A stretch of 63,321 nucleotides of DNA, filler included, from Klebsormidium nitens (taxonomy: Eukaryota; Plantae; Klebsormidiophyceae), in assembly GCA_000708835.1 (NCBI GenBank). It is 3 parts of 3 records of this genome, joined end to end, with 100 filler letters (N's around TTAATTAATTAA, not from the genome) between each part and the next. Parts side by side here need not be neighbours in the genome. Positions count along the whole stretch, not along the records: positions 43,381 to 63,321 come from DF237929.1; 2 more parts are not named here. The stretch is one strand, 5' to 3'. The position numbers and the translations under genes were made by a program. Under the pieces are notes generated by a model. That model saw only the letters and a program-made list of their open reading frames with translations, was not told the origin of the DNA and made no database searches. This document shows, in pieces, positions 60,129 through 63,321 of this stretch (position 1 is its first letter; every line of letters begins with the position of its first letter).

Positions 60129-61790
60129 GCCCAGTCGAACAGGGTCATTTGTTCATTCTCATCATGTCGCGAGGAGTCAAGGGTCGAGTTGGCCGTACAT
60201 AGCCATTGCCGGCAGGGAAAGATGTGTGTGATTAGGCCCAATGCTAGCCGGCAGAGGAGACGAGGCCGCACGGCAGCTGCCATGCCAAAGATTGTCCGTG
60301 CCGGGTAGTGTCCGGATTGCGACACGTGGCGCTGAAGTGCCATGTGACAGCGATAGGGCGAGCCGCGAACGGCTTGCAAGCGTAGCGCGCGCGTCGCGGG
60401 CAGCGTCAAGGGTTAGGCCACTAGTGTCTGGTTAGTGGTAGACGGCCAAGATAACCGGCCGAGTCTAGGGTACGAGACCAGAGCCTATGATTGAGACTCG
60501 TGCCGGCCGAACACATAGGGCCAAGGAGAGGTGATCCCTTCACTTCTCTTTGGCAAGTCTCCATAGCTAGGCGCTGCGAGCATAGGGCGCTAGTGGTCAT
60601 TGCGTAGTGTAGCGAGCTTATTGACAGCGGGAGTGTGAACAGTAGCGAAGGTTCTCGTCCTTTCAGGTGAGTGCGGGAAAAAGCGCTGTCAGCTCATGTG
60701 GTGCGCATGATTGGAGCCGCAACCACGAACAAGAGAGAAGTCACGATGTCCATAAGCATTGCATGATCGGTGATGTGCATGGTGCATGAGAGAGTGCAAG
60801 GAGATCTCTAGCACTTGTGCGCCTCCACGCCGCCGTGTAAGGTTCAACACGCCATCACTCGATAGGCCCGGTCGAATAAGGTAATTTGTTCATTTTCATC
60901 ATGTCGCAAGGAGTCAAGGGTCGAGTAGGCGGCCGTACATAGCCATTGCCGGCAAGGATAGATGTGTATGATTAGGCCACGTGACCGTTCCCGATGCCAG
61001 CCGGCAGGCACAAGCTACCTAGGGTGGGTATCGGGGGTATCGATCGCATTACGATTTGGTCACAAATTTGTATCACCGGTGTTACGCGTCGCGACAATTT
61101 TCGATCGCGGACCTGACGATTGTACTCGGCAGTACTTGAGAACCGGGTCCGAGTTCATGAATCGCGAATTATTTGACAGGCCGATGATTGGAGAGACCTG
61201 TACTTTTCGGCGGTACTATACCGTCGCGCCAGACCCAAGTCTGAAATTTCAAATTTATGGTTTCGGTCGGAACTTCCGACTCCAACCACGCAAGGGTACC
61301 GCGGTACCTAGGCTGGAAGAAGAGTGCAGGAACTCGAAAGAGAAGTGTAAGAGAACGCGCTTTTCAAAAACCAACAATGGCGTCCAACTTTGCGCCTCGT
61401 ATGCAGATTCTTCAGATTTGTCCTCAACAAAACAAGCACTTGTAGCTTCAAAGGACTCCTAATGACGCTCTCCCAACATTTTTTTATGCTTGTCAAAGGC
61501 TTCTAAATGCTGCATAAGCCTAAGCTTTGAGCACTATTTTATGCTTCATTCAAAGTGTGAAACATAACACTATCTTACATTTTTATCACACCGACTCACG
61601 GCCGAGCGAAAATTCCTAAGTACTCGTACCGTACGTGTAACACAAATGTGAGTCGTCGTAACGCAAACCGCAAGTTACACTGACGAAATTTGATACCCGG
61701 TATCACATTTTTGTCGCGAATCGAGTCAAAATCAACTCGGCCGGTACCCACCCTAGGTAGCTTGTGGGGGAGACGAGGCCGCACAGCACT
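60121..61790 (+). repeat. Gypsy 3' terminal (LTR-like) region with an internal ~150-bp direct duplication
   Basis: Follows the purine tract GAGTGGGGGAAA. 60124-60272 recurs at 60861-61008 plus 61767-61787. Confidence 0.6.
61009..61766. mobile_element. Non-autonomous DNA transposon with 25-bp TIRs (CMC/EnSpm-like)
   Basis: TIR CACAAGCTACCTAGGGTGGGTA(T/C)CG at both ends. It splits the second copy of the repeat GCCGGCAG|GGAGACGAGGCCGCAC, with an apparent 2-bp TSD GG. Confidence 0.75.
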
Positions 61791-63321
61791 TCCTAAAATG
61801 GTCTTTTACGCCACCCAGGCGCCCCCCAGGCGTTCAACTTTTAGCCATTCCATCGACGATCCGCACTCATCTGGATTATGCATTCTGGGATGATTTTGGG
61901 ATTGCACAGCTGACCCACAGGGAGTTGCTCATGCACACAGGCTGTGAAGTCAATCCAATAGAGATCATTTCATTTGGGAATGGTTTGGAGCCATGCTTCA
62001 ACATCCGGATTGCAATCAATTCCACAGGGATCACAACTACTCCATGCAGTAACACTTTTCAGGGGTTTGCCAAAACGTGGTTTACATTATGGTTGTAGAC
62101 AATTAATCCTCTTTAATACATTAAGTCCAATTCAGCAGCTGAGATCTCTCTGTGATTCACAGATTCAGCAACTTGGACAATCATCATAAGAATTCTGCAT
62201 GCCTTTCTCAGGTCGCAAACCTGAGTTATACATGCATCTATTCTGATTTGTCCTCGTTTTCATAATCGAATCTACACTAAGCTAGCTATCTAGGGAGAGT
62301 CCCCAACCACATTACAAATCAGCCAGACCTGCTGATCTACTTTGAGACCGCCCCCAGTTGCTTCGCCAACAGTGACACGCCTGAGAGCCTTGTTAGGATT
62401 TCGAAGCCACCACACAGCCTCCACCACCTAGAACAACACCATACTAACAAATTTGATTAATTCCTTCGAGGTATCCCAATCAAACAGTAAATTCTCCTTT
62501 TTTGCAAAAAACCCATCAAAACTCACTTTTCTCTGCAGAATGTTTGTGAAACTGTATCTTTCTACCACTTCCATCTGCAACTTTACATTCCAAAACAGCG
62601 TAGAGCCCTTCACAAATAATTCTTTCCCCTGCCAATCACAACAGTATTAGGACGAATTTAAATCCATACTAACCTTCTACCTCCAAATCTTATTTTATTT
62701 GCACTACCCTTGGCAGCTGCAGCCGACTCTCCAACCACTTCAGCCTGCTATTTAGCTACCCCGACCACTTCGCGCCACCAATAGCCGCAAAAACCCTGCA
62801 ACTTCACAATACCTAGCACTGATATATATTTTCGGTTAAACAATCCACGCCAATCAATAGATTCATCCACATAAAATTGAACATTTTTGAAACGAAATTT
62901 GCAAAAACTCATGGTCCTCTCTGCCACCTCACATCCTAAACGCCTTGTCATTACAAAACCAAGCGGCTGGCAGGCACCAGAGGCCACGAGGCCTTTTACA
63001 CAACTTCCATTCAATCTGGTGAAATAAAATTGTTCTAATAAAATTCAAAATCCACTTTGCCCGTATGGCTTGATCAATATAATTAGCAAGTTCTGCTAAT
63101 GGTAGAGCCTTTTCTTGTAGCCCCTATCGTTATTATCAAACTTAGAACTATAAGATCCTAGAACCCCATTGATTCTTACTAGCTTCTCACATCCAACATC
63201 GTGCAACCCACTTGCCTAGTACTCTCTACCGGCAATTTTCATAGCCATCTTTGCGACCCTTCCGCCCTGGTAGTAGCACGAAAATGGTTCCAGATCAACA
63301 TAGGGGAGAACTCGTTGTAGG

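Noticed and set aside
61800-63321. Protein-like fragments on the minus strand (LPLAELANYIDQAIRAKW; LLFDWDTSKELIKF)
   Set aside because: Riddled with stops and no family recognised. Possibly a very old TE or pseudogene, but I cannot support a call.
1-63321. tRNA, rRNA or other structured ncRNA genes
   Set aside because: No cloverleaf with A/B boxes and no rRNA-like conserved segment noticed by eye. tRNAscan-SE or Infernal would be needed to exclude them.

Overview
This is an intron-rich eukaryotic draft scaffold. I infer a streptophyte (Klebsormidium-like) green alga from the plant-type PILS and KUP genes, the GC3-rich exons and the TTAATTAATTAA-padded 100-bp gaps. The left half (1-29 kb) holds four host genes whose exons I reconstructed by hand with consistent splice phases: MED21 (+), a TMEM209/PNET1-like nuclear-envelope protein (-), a KUP/HAK/KT K+ transporter (+) and a PILS auxin carrier (-). 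The PILS introns contain about ten diverged echo copies of the gene's own exon edges, mostly with splice sites retained. The right half (32-63 kb) is an accessory island. It contains an orphan gene, a TA-flanked MITE and an intron-containing AEP primase / UL9-like SF2 helicase fusion gene of probable viral or mobile origin. That gene's introns, and the oppositely oriented flank, carry eight copies of a fixed-length 62-bp hairpin. The island also has two divergent histone H3-like (pseudo)genes with long tails. It ends in nested retroelements: a Ty1/copia element bounded by inverted rather than direct LTRs, inserted with a 5-bp TSD into a PHD-finger Gypsy integrase, plus two CAC-ended non-autonomous DNA elements. 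No database searches were run. Family calls rest on motifs I recognise.
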